64,000 nucleotides of DNA from Candidatus Limnocylindrales bacterium (GCA_046707905.1 JBKKDM010000177.1:11570-75569); one strand, 5' to 3'. Shown: positions 35,138 through 45,776, counted from the stretch's first letter. Notes: a model not told the origin generated them from the letters alone. Translations and numbers: made by a program.

Positions 35138-35433
35138 GGGCGCGATCGAAGTCACCAGGCTAGGTGAGGATCACATTCACCTTTGGGCAGGTCTGGGTCC
35201 AGCGCCTTTCGGCCGGTTCGTGCTCCGCGACGAGAACTGGTTGTACTTGCGGTGTGCCAGCAGCGCGCAGCATCTCGGCATAATCCAAATATTGACCAAG
35301 ACCAAGACGGAGCTGCATCGACTCGTTCGCTGCGGTCAAGCTTTGACCGGGGTAGTAGATGGAGAGGTCGGAAGTTGCCGCCAGGGTCGCCTAAAGCCGT
35401 GGGAATCTCTCGCGGCGCCATGTGCGTGTCGTG

Positions 35434-36744
35434 TCAAGGCGTCGAGGGCGATACGACGTCAATTGCCCCGTAGCGAATGACCTTCTGCAGCGTCGTCGGT
35501 AGTGTTAGGGGCTTTTCTCGGTCGCGCAAAATGTCGATCCCGACGGTTCCGCCCGTGAGCTTCCATTCGATATTGCAGAAATCACTCGGGGGGCATCGGC
35601 CTGCGGCCGAGGCGCCGACCAAGTTGTTGCTCAGCCACACGGGTGCCAAGTAGCCGCTCGCAACTTTTTGCGCCTCCTCCTCTTGGATGGACCAAACGAA
35701 TACTGCGGGACTTCGGCTGTTGCCGTTGTCAAAGGCAATCGATCCACCATCAGGTGAGACAGCCGGCCGGTAGGCATTCGGCGGCAGCGATATCGGAATC
35801 GGTTGGCCACTCAACAGCGAGACCGTAAACCAATCAGACGGCTCCTCGTCATTCGTCGTTGCCTGTTGTGAGAGAACGGTCTCCTCGGTTAGCCAACGTG
35901 CAAATCGCCCGCTCCAAGGTGGCACGGCGTCCCGTCCATCACGACCGACGACACTCACACTGGGTTCTTCCAATGTCTCCACGACCAGGATGCGCTCGCC
36001 GCCTGGAGACCAAGTGATCGACGCCTCCTCACGCTGACCGATTCCAGTCCCAAAGGGCACGCCGAGGGTCTTGAGGAGAAAGGTGCCGCCCGTCCCTGAG
36101 TCGAACAGGCACAAGACAACGGGAAGGAGCTCACCTTCACCCTCCGCGCGAACTTGGTACGCCAAGGTCAAGCCAGCTGGGTCCCAGGCGTACCCGAGGA
36201 CCCCGTTCGGTAGACGGAGAATCTCGGTGGGCTCGTCGCTGCCGAGCCCCAACTCAAAGATGGAATCCTGTCCGAAGGTATGGGTCTCGTCAGGGGGTTC
36301 GCGAAGGGCAACGAACGTGAGCATGTTGGGTGTGCGAAATCGTGGCCGCGGGCCGTTCGGTGAATCTACACGTCGGAGCACGTCGACCGTATCGGCCTCA
36401 ATGTCATACACACCGATCGCGCCGCGGTTCGCATAGGCGGCGCGGGCGACGCCCGCGCCGCCCCCGGGCCTGGCTGCCGGAACCCCATCACCACAGGCCG
36501 GGTCTGTCGGGAGCTGGATACCCTGTGTTGTGCTTGGCGTGCCTGTGGGTGTGGCGACGACCGAAGCGCTCGGAAGGCCTGAGCTGGCAGAAGGAGACGA
36601 GGCAGGCGGTGTAGCTTGGTCGAGACCGCACGCTCCGAGGAAAAGCACGGTCGACATGACTGCGACAGCGTCGCGAAGACCACTCCGACTGCCTCGTTCC
36701 AACCCATGCTCCTTCCTAAAGGTGGCCGCCCGGAGGCAACACAC
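35434..36744 (-). CDS. Lipoprotein with beta-propeller (TolB-like)
   Basis: Lipobox LGAC; WDP.G, WSPGG, VSPDGGSIAF. True start probably downstream of 36744. Confidence 0.7.
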   Translation of the reverse strand: MCCLRAATFRKEHGLERGSRSGLRDAVAVMSTVLFLGACGLDQATPPASSPSASSGLPSASVVATPTGTPSTTQGIQLPTDPACGDGVPAARPGGGAGVARAAYANRGAIGVYDIEADTVDVLRRVDSPNGPRPRFRTPNMLTFVALREPPDETHTFGQDSIFELGLGSDEPTEILRLPNGVLGYAWDPAGLTLAYQVRAEGEGELLPVVLCLFDSGTGGTFLLKTLGVPFGTGIGQREEASITWSPGGERILVVETLEEPSVSVVGRDGRDAVPPWSGRFARWLTEETVLSQQATTNDEEPSDWFTVSLLSGQPIPISLPPNAYRPAVSPDGGSIAFDNGNSRSPAVFVWSIQEEEAQKVASGYLAPVWLSNNLVGASAAGRCPPSDFCNIEWKLTGGTVGIDILRDREKPLTLPTTLQKVIRYGAIDVVSPSTP

Positions 36745-36749
36745 CGAGT

Positions 36750-37472
36750 CTACTCAGCGCCCTGAAGCGTCCAGTTCATGCGTCGGGTCCAGTTTGCCGA
36801 AGAGGTAGTCAGGTAGCAGTCGCACCTAGCTGACAAAGGTTCGTTCAGAAAATCGCCGGTGTTCCAATAGTCGAAGCCGTCGTGGTTGATGTTGGTCTCG
36901 TGGACGTGAAATCCGGTGAAACAGTTCGGCGCGTCCCAATCCGACACGGAATCGCCGACAACGACGCTGTTGTACATCCCATTTGCAACCGTCGTTCCCT
37001 TCGCGAAGATCGTGTGCTCGGGGAGGGACGTGTCCATATCAGTGTGGGCATAGATCATGCCGGCGAGCGACGTTCCGTAAATGGACCAGATGGTGGCCTT
37101 GCCGATAGTCACCGTCCCACCGCCAGGGCAGTTGGAGCTCGAGAGCTGGTGGGTCGTGATGCTCATCGACCCGTTCGGGATGCCCGCTCCGTTCATTGCA
37201 TCCACGTTCACGCCGAGCCCCCGAAACCGAACGGGCTCCGAGCTGGCCGTGCCACAGTTTCTCGCCCAGTCGATTGAGCGCATGTACTCGTAGTTCGGGT
37301 CGGTGCTATGGAAGCCGCGCCGGAGGCAGGCGTTGGTGCCCGTATCTGCGACCGGGGGCAGCATCCAAATCTCGAACCGCCATTCTGGGATGGCGGCTGC
37401 TGCCGGGCTAGGCGCAACGCCCAAGAGGGTGAGCCCGAGCACAAGAGCGAGGCATCGGCGTACGCCTGTCAC
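36750..37472 (-). CDS. Secreted protein, possible divergent M23 peptidase fold
   Basis: Signal peptide; GFH...SIDW, YAH, TGFHVHE. Confidence 0.55.
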   Translation of the reverse strand: MTGVRRCLALVLGLTLLGVAPSPAAAAIPEWRFEIWMLPPVADTGTNACLRRGFHSTDPNYEYMRSIDWARNCGTASSEPVRFRGLGVNVDAMNGAGIPNGSMSITTHQLSSSNCPGGGTVTIGKATIWSIYGTSLAGMIYAHTDMDTSLPEHTIFAKGTTVANGMYNSVVVGDSVSDWDAPNCFTGFHVHETNINHDGFDYWNTGDFLNEPLSARCDCYLTTSSANWTRRMNWTLQGAE

Positions 37473-38257
37473 TTCAGTCCCTCCGCAAACTTGACCAGTT
37501 CATCAAACGGGATGGCGTTGTCCGAAGTCACGCTGAGGATGGTGAACTCTGGGCCCACGTTGTCCTCCGGGATGAACACGCCCCCGTAACCCAGGCCAGT
37601 CTCGTCATCGGCAGGATGAACGAGGATGGCCGTCGAGCCGTTGAGCGTCATGGACTCGACGGCATCAGCAGGGGTCTCGACCTCCAAGATTCGGTCCCCC
37701 GTGATAGCGCGCTCGATCCAGATCAACCCAACACCCAATGCTGTGTGCACCGTGTAGGTCTGGGATACGACGAGCCCTTCTGAGTCGCACACCCATTTCA
37801 CCGGCCCGTCCGTCTCGTACTTGAGGCCGTCCGGTAGATAGCCGATGGTGAAGTCGAGCTGCGTGGTAGCTCCGACGTCAGCTAGGCGGGGTTCGCACGA
37901 TCTTTCGAGTCCCTTTCCTGCGACTCCCGCCTCCGCGAACGCCTCAGGCGCTCCTATTCGCCATCCGGCAATCGACCCGTCGAAACGAGGCTTCTTGGCC
38001 TCTGCGCTGAAGATGGCCATGATTTCTTCGAGGGTGTGTGGCGAGGTGCCGAACTCACTGACCCCGGCGTCTTCGCCGCGGGCCGCCGACTGCGGACCTG
38101 ACGCCGCCGCCGATCCTCCGACTGCGGATCTCGGTAGGACGAAATACGCGCCCAAGAGCGCTGCGCCGAGCAAGATGGCTGCTGGAAGAAAGCCTGACTC
38201 TGTCGACGTGCGCTTGACTGGGTGAGGCCCTCTTCGCCTCACAGGCTCGGTATTCAT
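37469..38257 (-). CDS. Membrane-anchored hypothetical protein
   Basis: RBS gggaggag; one N-terminal TM; GTGA overlap with the downstream gene. Confidence 0.65.
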   Translation of the reverse strand: MNTEPVRRRGPHPVKRTSTESGFLPAAILLGAALLGAYFVLPRSAVGGSAAASGPQSAARGEDAGVSEFGTSPHTLEEIMAIFSAEAKKPRFDGSIAGWRIGAPEAFAEAGVAGKGLERSCEPRLADVGATTQLDFTIGYLPDGLKYETDGPVKWVCDSEGLVVSQTYTVHTALGVGLIWIERAITGDRILEVETPADAVESMTLNGSTAILVHPADDETGLGYGGVFIPEDNVGPEFTILSVTSDNAIPFDELVKFAEGLK

Positions 38258-38491
38258 CGGTCGCTCCTCCCTACGGTCACGGTGACTACGTCCGGTCTTT
38301 GACGTTCGGCGCCTCCCTTCTGTGCTTCTGTCCGAAGCGCACAGCCTGAATCCTGACGTCCGCGGCTTATCCGCCGCTTATTTCTGACGCGGACCAGAGG
38401 CCGAGCCGAGCGATGCTCCTCAACCGACCCGCTGGTCTCGCCGTCCGCGCTCGAATTTGGCGGCCTTACGCTACGCACCGACATCTTCCGC

Positions 38492-40045
38492 TTATCTCGA
38501 CAGCGCCCGCATGGTCTCCCACCACATCGGGTGCGGGGTCACCTCACCGGCCTTGACGCGGCGGAGGTAGCCGCTCGACAGGCCCGTCGCCTCGGCGATC
38601 GTCGACGCCGGGACCTCGGTGAGGCCGGGCAGGATCTCGCGCGCGAACGCGCCCATGTCTTCGGGCCACTAGTGCGTTCGTCGCCACGCCTGCGCCGCGC
38701 GGAGGAGCTCCGTGGCGCGCGTCCCGATGCGGCGACGCCCCTCGGGCGACAGCTCGCGGTGGTAGCCGACCTCGCGAAGCGCGGCGAACGTCGCCGAGCC
38801 CGCGGTCGCAAGGTTCGCCGCCTGGTCGCTGGCAGCGACCCTCGCGCACTCGTCCGACCACGCCCGTTGCTGGCCGGCCATCGGCGCCCCGCACGTCGCG
38901 CAGCGCCGGGGAACCGCAGCGAGGCATGACCTGGCCCGTCTCGCGCGCGCGCCCTGCGGCCGCGACGCGGCCCGGCGACGACCCGTGATCGGCGTTGGCG
39001 CTGCCGGCCGGCCCGGGTCGGTCAGGAGCCGCGCAACGTCCTCGGCGACGCGCCCGACGGCCCGAGCCCAGACCGACGACGTCGCGGCGAGGTCCCGCGC
39101 GAGGGCGGGCGTGATGCGGCACGCGCCCTGGCGCGTCTCGTGGAAGTCCGCCGTCGCGAAGTAGCGGTCGGCGAGGAGGTCGAGCACGAACCGGTCGACC
39201 AGCGGCCGGACCGGCTCCATGAGGTCGGCGGCGAGTGAGTCGCGGTTGTCCTGATCGGCATGGAGGACGCCGAGCCCTGGGTCGAGCCCGACGATCCGGG
39301 CGGCGATCGCGGCCTCGCCCTCGAGCAGCGCGTACAGGTAGTTGAGCAGCGCGTTGACGGGGTTGGTCGCGACCCGCGGCGAGCCGGTGAGCGCGGAGGC
39401 TCGCCCGCCGAACGTCCGCCAGTGGTCCGGCACGACGCCGGGGTCGCGCCGGGCGAACCGGACCGGCACGGCCGACCACGCCGACCAGTACGACGCCGCC
39501 GCGCGGGCCTCGGCCATCCTGATCTCGTCCCGCCCGACGGCGACGTGGAGCGCGGCCGCGGCCGAGGACAGCGACTCGATCGCGATGTCGGGGACCGGCA
39601 CCACCCGGTCGCCCGCGTCGACCGTCTCGGCCTGGGCCGCGATCTTCTCCCCCACGAGCCGACGGGCGATCCCGTCCCCGAGGTCGGTATCGAGCGCCCG
39701 GGCCTGGGCCCGTCGGAGGCCGGGTCGGTCGCTGCCCTGCGGGCCGAACGCGGCGAGTACCCGGCCGTCAGCGTCGAGCTGCAGGTAACCGGCGCCGACG
39801 TCGGCTAGCCAGCGGATCGCCTCGAGGCCTACCGCGCCGGTGTGACCGAGGACGACCAATCGGCGTAGCCGGCCGATCGCGCGGTGGACGACCGCTTCCC
39901 GGCGGGCCGCCCCGATCCCGTCGGCGACGCGCAGGCGCCCCCGCCAGACGCGGACGGACAGGCCATAGCCGGAGAGGACGAGGACTCCGCGATGCGGGGT
40001 CAGCTCGGCCGGCCACGCCGGCGACGGGGTAGCCTTGAGCTGCAT
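38492..40045 (-). CDS. cas1: Casposase-type Cas1 with Zn-ribbon and C-terminal HTH; in-frame TAG at 38669-38671
   Basis: RBS GGAGG; Cas1 motifs EARAAASYW, NALLNYLY, GLDPGLGVLHAD, SLAADLMEP.RP.VD; CATCG; after the TAG the frame continues as a 58-aa HTH to TAA at 38492. Confidence 0.92.
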
Positions 40046-40117
40046 GCGGACTGACCTCCGTGTGCCACGCCCCCGGGCTGTTAGCCGCAGCCGCGGGGGT
40101 CTTCTAGCTTCGAATAA

Positions 40118-41056
40118 TCACTCGTTCGGGCGGGCGTCGCTCACCGCACGCGCCCTACTGAGTCCGACAAGAGTTATGAGGTCGATGCAGGCTGCGTTCA
40201 CCTCCTCCTCTACCGTCCGGGGTGAATAGAACGAGCCGATCTCGGGATCCTTGGCGAGCTTCGGCTGGTCCGCCTTGTACCGAACCACCGCGAGCCGATA
40301 GACATCGCGCGCCTCCGTGAATTCCTCCTCGGTGATCTGCTGGAGCTGGTCGAGCGCCGCCTTGCGTGCGGTCACGAGGTCCGTGTAGTCGTCCGCAGCG
40401 GCGAGCCGTGCCCGCGAGGCGTCCCGAACCGCCCCTTCGTGCATCGCATCCTTGGCCGCTGTACGTAACTCGTCGGCATCGAAGTCGCCGAAAGCCTGCC
40501 GCGCGACGACCCCACGAAGTCGGGTGCGAACTGCTCGACGTGCCCCGGGAGCCGCTAAGGCAGCGACGACCGCTCTTGACGCGGCCTCGGAGCCAGACCA
40601 CGTCGGATTCTCGACAAAGGATTGCCACGTAGCGAGCGCCTGTCGAACCTGACGAAGCGGTACGAACTCGTCACCCCATCGCAACCACAGCCACACCGGC
40701 AGCCGGCAGGGGGCGGCGACGCTCGCCCCGCTCTGCTGCGCCTTGAGGAGTCTGAGCAGCATCTGCGCCTGGTGTCCGGACCACGTCGCCCTAATGCCAC
40801 GTCCGCGCCCGAGCCCAACCCGGCTTGGATGATCGAGCAGCCCGAGTTGAACCCACCGACGAATTAGCCGCTTGGTAGCCGTGAGCCCACTGGCGGCCGC
40901 CAGGGCGACCAGCTCGTCCCCGGTATGTCGCGCTCCGGCGGTTACATCTGCCCCCAATTTGCCCCCCCTTTGCCGGCGCCGATTCTTACATCTGCCCCCG
41001 CTGTGACGGTCTGAACTCGGCTCCGGCTCGGCGATCCTCTGCCCATGGCTCGTCAC
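40118..41056 (-). CDS. Hypothetical protein with N-terminal MerR-like HTH (start uncertain, maybe ~40960)
   Basis: DELVALAAASGL.ATKRLIRRWVQLGLL. Confidence 0.6.
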   Translation of the reverse strand: MTSHGQRIAEPEPSSDRHSGGRCKNRRRQRGGKLGADVTAGARHTGDELVALAAASGLTATKRLIRRWVQLGLLDHPSRVGLGRGRGIRATWSGHQAQMLLRLLKAQQSGASVAAPCRLPVWLWLRWGDEFVPLRQVRQALATWQSFVENPTWSGSEAASRAVVAALAAPGARRAVRTRLRGVVARQAFGDFDADELRTAAKDAMHEGAVRDASRARLAAADDYTDLVTARKAALDQLQQITEEEFTEARDVYRLAVVRYKADQPKLAKDPEIGSFYSPRTVEEEVNAACIDLITLVGLSRARAVSDARPNE

Positions 41057-41115
41057 CGCCGCCGCGACGCTCTACCCCCCGACTCGTCACCCCGCGAGCG
41101 GGCGCTCCACGCCCT

Positions 41116-41511
41116 GTGCTGACTAGGCAAGGTTTGTCCCTCCGCGCGGCATCGAGCCTCGCACGAACGGACCCCCGAACGGTGCGGCGACACGCCGGCC
41201 AGGCCTTCCGCAGGCCGGGCGGCCGGTGGGTCCCGACCGCCTTCGACCGGATCCCGCGGGAGATGACCGCGCTCACGCCGGCCGGGCCCGTCGAGATCAC
41301 AGTCCGGGACTCGCGGACGGCGTCCCTCCTTGCGGAGCACGCGAACGCGGTCCGGACGTACCGAGACTTCGGGGACGAGGAACCGCTCGGAAAGCTCCGC
41401 CGCCGGGTCATCCGGATCAGGGGGCAACCCGTCGTCCTCGAGACCGACCCGGTCCGGCTCGACCGGCTCGCCGAGGGTGGCGAGCTGCACTTCGAGCTTT
41501 ACAGGCACTGA
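41116..41511 (+). CDS. Small HTH-containing protein (5' end apparently frameshifted; possible start ATG 41046)
   Basis: GLSLRAASSLARTDPRTVRRH HTH; first gene of the HTH-HNH-polB run. Confidence 0.7.
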   Translation: MLTRQGLSLRAASSLARTDPRTVRRHAGQAFRRPGGRWVPTAFDRIPREMTALTPAGPVEITVRDSRTASLLAEHANAVRTYRDFGDEEPLGKLRRRVIRIRGQPVVLETDPVRLDRLAEGGELHFELYRH

Positions 41512-41531
41512 AGACACGAAAGGAACGACAC

Positions 41532-41972
41532 ATGGATCCCGACATCACGGCGCTCCGGCTCGAGAGCCGGACGCGCGCCCCGGCGGGCGCCGCCTGCGAC
41601 AGCTGCGGGACGACGCGTCACGTATCCCGGAAGGACGGGCGGCTGCTCTGCTACAGCTGCGTCCGTCGCTCCGCCGGCGCCGGTCCCACCGAGCGGGACC
41701 ACGTCGCCGGGCGGGCCAACCTCGGCGGCCTCGTCATCGACCTCCGGGCCAATGACCACCGCAGCGTGACCGAGCTGCGGCTCCGGATGGGCGTCGACAC
41801 GTGGCCGCCTGCGGACGGCGACCCGCTTCTCGTGCTTGCACACGTCCTCGCGGGAATCGCCTCGCTGCTGTTCCTGTTTGGTCAGTGGCTCGTCGCGTTC
41901 GAGGCCGCCGCGGCCGCTCGCCTTGGCGGCGCCGGCTGGGACTGGGCGCCTCCGGCGCCGGTGGCGGCGTGA
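41532..41972 (+). CDS. Zn-finger/HNH-like protein
   Basis: RBS aagga; CDSC...CYSC, ERDHVAGRAN, LRANDH; GTGA overlap with polB. Confidence 0.65.
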   Translation: MDPDITALRLESRTRAPAGAACDSCGTTRHVSRKDGRLLCYSCVRRSAGAGPTERDHVAGRANLGGLVIDLRANDHRSVTELRLRMGVDTWPPADGDPLLVLAHVLAGIASLLFLFGQWLVAFEAAAAARLGGAGWDWAPPAPVAA

Positions 41973-44929
41973 CGCGCCGCTTCGGCGGCGCCGTCCTCAA
42001 GGCTGGCATCGCGGTGCGGGCGTACGCGGCGCCGACCCGCGAGAAGCCCAAGCCGCGGTCCTACGACGCCGCGAGGCTCGCCCTCGTCGTGGACACGGAG
42101 ACCCGGACCGGCCAGGCGCAGCCACTCCTGTTCGGGAGCTACCAGATCCGCGAGGTCGGCGGCCGCCTCCGGCAGGAAGGTCTCATCCACGGGGACGTGA
42201 CGACCGAGGAGATGGCGATCCTCGAGCGGTACGTCGATGACCACGCGGCCGCCAACGACGGCCGCCTGCGGCTGCACAGCCGGCGAAGCTTCCTCCGGGG
42301 CGTCGTCTGGCCGATCGCGTACAAGAGCCGGGCCCGGGTTGTCGGCTTCAACCTGCCGTTCGACCTCTCCCGCCTCGCGTACGACTGGGGCCGCTCGCGC
42401 GACGGTGGGTTCCGGCTCGAGCTGTTCGAGTCGGTCGACGCGGACGGCCGCGTCTGGCCGGACCGGTACCGGCCGGCGGTCCGCATCAAGACGATCAGCT
42501 CGAAACAGCAGTTCATCAGCTTCGTCGCGCCGGCTGACCTGGACGACTACTTGCGGCAGGACGGCCACGTGTACAGCGGCCGCTTCCTCGACCTCCACAT
42601 GCTCGCCTACGCGCTGACGGACAAGTCGCTGTCGCTCGAGCGGGCGGCGGGCGAGTTCGGGCTGGACGTCGGCAAGGGCCGGGTCGAGGAACACGGCGTC
42701 CTGACGCCCGAGTACGTCGACTACAACCGCCAGGACGTCGAGGTGACGTGGGCCCTGCATCAGGCGCTCGTAGCGGAGTGGGAGCGCCACCCGATCCCGC
42801 TCGAGCCCGAGCAGGGCTGCTCCGCCGCGGCAGTCGGCAAGGCCTACCTCGCGGCCGCCGGCATACGTCCGCCGGCCGAGCGGAGCGACGTCTGATGGCA
42901 CGCCTCGGGTACGCGATGACGGCGTACTTCGGCGGTCGTACGGAGGTGCGCATCCGGTGGACGCAAACCCCCGTCCGGAGCGTCGACTACGCCTCGATGT
43001 ACCAGACGGTGTTCGCGCTGTTCGGGCTGTGGCGCTGGGTCACCGCGGACCGGCTCACGGCGGAGGACGCCACCGACGATTCCCGAGGGCTCCTCGCCGC
43101 GCTCGACCGCGAGGCCCTGCACGACCTCGCGGCGTGGCCGCCATTGGCGGGCGTCTTCTGCCGGGTCCGCCCGCAGGGCGAGCTCCTGCCCGCACGGGCC
43201 CAGTACGGCGGCTCCGAGGCCTGGACGATCGGGCTGAACAGGCTCGAGGCCGGGGTCGACCTGTGGTTCACCTTGGCCGACCTGCTCGTCGCGAAGCTCC
43301 TCGGTGGTGCGGTCCCTGAGATCCTGGAGGCCTTCCGGGTCGTGCCGGTCGGCGTCGCGCCCCGTCTCCGGTCGACCCGACTCCGGGGTGTCGTGCCGGT
43401 CGACCCGGCCACCGACGACCTGTTTCGCCTTGCCACCGAGGAACGCGCGCGGACCAAGGCGAACACGCGTCTGCCGGGGTACGAGCGCGACCGGCTGGCA
43501 CAGTTCCTGAAGACGTTCGGCAACGGCGGGGCGTATGGGGTGTTCGCCGAGGTCCGTCAGCTCGACCCCGTGCCCGGTGGGACCGTGGTCCACGTCGACG
43601 GCCTGTGGCCGATCGACGCCCGGGTCGCGACGCCCGAGGAGCCGGGGGCGTTCTGCTACCCACCCCTCGCTGCGACGGTCCCGCCGGTGCCCGGCTGCTC
43701 CTCGCGCTGCTCCAAGCGGACGTCGAGGCGCGCGGCGGCACATACGTCGCCTGCGACACCGACTCGCTCCTCATCGTCGCGTCGGAGGCCGGTGGCCTCG
43801 TCGAGTGCGAGCACGGCCCGTCCCGCCTGCCGGACGGCCGCGCCGCGGTCAGGGCCCTCTCCTGGGCCGAGGTCGGCGAGGTTCTAGCCGGCCTCGAGCC
43901 GCTGAACCCGTATGCCGCGGGGACGGTTCCCGCGCTGATCAAGGTCGAGGCTGAGAACTACGCGGTCGACGACGCGCTGCGGCCGGTCGAGGTGCGCGCC
44001 CTCGCGATCTCGGCCAAGCGCTACGTCCTGTACGAGCGGCACGACGACGAGATCACCGTCCGGAAGGCGTCGTGGCACGGCTTCGGCCTGTACCGGAGCC
44101 CGATGCCGAAGCGCCGCCCCGAAGAGTCGCCGTGGGAGCACGCCTGGCCGGAGTGGGTCGACGTGGTCTGGCGGCGCTACATCGCCGAGGTGAAGGGCCT
44201 GCCCGTCGGCCCCGAGCCAGCGTGGTTCGCGCACCCGGCCGTCAGCCAGCTGCCGGTGTCGAGTCCGGCCGTCCTCGCGCCAAGGCCCTCAACGCGGGCA
44301 AGCCGTTCGAGAAGCAGGTGAAGCCGTTCGGGTTCCTGCTGCTCGGCCACGCCGACCCGCTCGCGGCGCTGCCCGACGGCCTGACCGACATCACCCCGAT
44401 GGCGCCGTTCACCAACGACCCCGCACGGCTCCTGTCGCTCCCGTGGCGCGACCGCCGCGACGGACGGTCGATCGCGGTGACGACTCGACCCGGCGGGGAG
44501 CGCGGCAAGGTCCGCCTCGCGACGATCGGGGACGTCGTCCGCGACTACCGGCTCCACCCCGAGGCGAAGAGCGGAGACGGTCGGGGCGGCCTCGGGCGTC
44601 GAGGCACGGTCGGGCTCCTCCCGCGGTTGACGGTTCGGGCCGTCGGGCTGCCGACCCACATCGGCAAGGAGAGCAACCGGCTCGATGAGGTCGAGAACGG
44701 CCTGCTCGCGGCCGACGAGGTCTACGTCGAGTACCGCGACGAGCGCCGCGAGTGGGAGCTCGTCGTGCCGGCGCTGCGGCGGCTCCGGGAGGAGCGCGGC
44801 TGGCGGTACCTGTCCGAGGCGTCTGGCCTGTCGGAGCGGGCGCTGCGCTACGCGCTCAACGGCGGAAAGGTCCCACATCGGAAAGCTCGCACTGCATTGC
44901 TGGCCTTGCTCGACCGACAGCACGAGTGA
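41969..44929 (+). pseudogene. polB: Family B DNA polymerase with 3'-5' exonuclease and C-terminal HTH; three frame breaks (~42895, ~43680, ~44280)
   Basis: ExoI DTET (42092), ExoII GFNLPFD, ExoIII YNRQD; motif A DYASMY (42985), motif B K...N..YG (43510), motif C DTDS (43755); about 987 codons when joined. Confidence 0.92.
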
Positions 44930-44948
44930 ACCCGAGATGGCTGGCGGA

Positions 44949-45164
44949 TCACCTTGGGCGGCTGCTCCCGCGAGTCACTTCCGGCCAGAACGTCGCAACA
45001 ACGCGCACGATGTGCCCTCGTTCCGTCGCGAGGCGCTGGGCTTCGGCCGCGGCCTTTCCGGGGTCGTCGAAGTGCTTCTCGTAGTGGCCGCGCGACCGTT
45101 CTGCGGGCATCCGCAGGACGTCCCCCTCGTCCAGGATGCTCCACTCGAGCAACTTGCTGGTCAC
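44949..45164 (-). CDS. Small hypothetical protein
   Basis: GTG start with ggggag upstream; convergent with polB. Confidence 0.4.
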   Translation of the reverse strand: MTSKLLEWSILDEGDVLRMPAERSRGHYEKHFDDPGKAAAEAQRLATERGHIVRVVATFWPEVTRGSSRPR

Positions 45165-45404
45165 ATGCCCGCCCTCCCCTGACCCGTGCCCGCCGTGGCG
45201 CACCGCAGTCGACTGGTTGGACCGCGAGCGCAAGGCAACACAACGCGCCGCCGACCCGAAAGGCGACCGCTGGATGGTGGCGGCCTGAGCTTGCTCCGAG
45301 CGCTTGTTAAGGTCAAGGAGCCGCGGAGCGCGGACGAGTCCTTGACAGGGTGCAGCGACCCTATCATGCTACTTGGCACGCGCACGTATCTGAGGCCCCG
45401 TGCC

Positions 45405-45749
45405 ATGAACAGCGGCTTTCTTTGGATCACGTCGTTCGTTCTGGGTGTCGCAGCCGCGTGGGTCACCGGCTTCGGTATTCTGGCGGCCCTTCTCTTCTTG
45501 CTCTTGTCCGCGCCTTTGGCCGTTCGCGGTCCCCTCGTCGTGTTCTCCGGTCTGCTCCTCGGTTTTGGGGCGCTTTCGACGTTCCAGATGGCACGTCAGT
45601 TCGCGTCCGGCGGCACCCTCTACAGCGCAACCTTCTGGCTGGCACTCGGCATTGTCCCGTTGGCGATTGGCCTTGTGCTGCTCGTGTTCCTGGCTTGGCG
45701 TGAACTGGCGCGAAGGTCGACGCCTGAGCGGGGCGCAGCGCCTAACTGA
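45405..45749 (+). CDS. Small membrane protein
   Basis: About 4 hydrophobic segments; TTGACA-17-CATGCT upstream at 45342-45370. Confidence 0.6.
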   Translation: MNSGFLWITSFVLGVAAAWVTGFGILAALLFLLLSAPLAVRGPLVVFSGLLLGFGALSTFQMARQFASGGTLYSATFWLALGIVPLAIGLVLLVFLAWRELARRSTPERGAAPN

Positions 45750-45776
45750 GACACTACCCGGAGCCCGGGAGTGTCC

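Larger units (their letters stand above)
38492..44929. mobile_element. Casposon-like element (core; may extend to ~48.6 kb)
   Basis: Solo cas1, HTH genes, HNH-like gene and family B DNA polymerase within 6.5 kb; no cas2, other cas genes or array. TIR/TSD not firmly identified. Confidence 0.85.

Noticed and set aside
38442-45336. 11-bp inverted match CGTCCGCGCTC (38442-38452) / GAGCGCGGACG (45326-45336) as casposon TIR
   Set aside because: Short, GC-rich, does not extend, and has no flanking direct repeat; plausible by chance.
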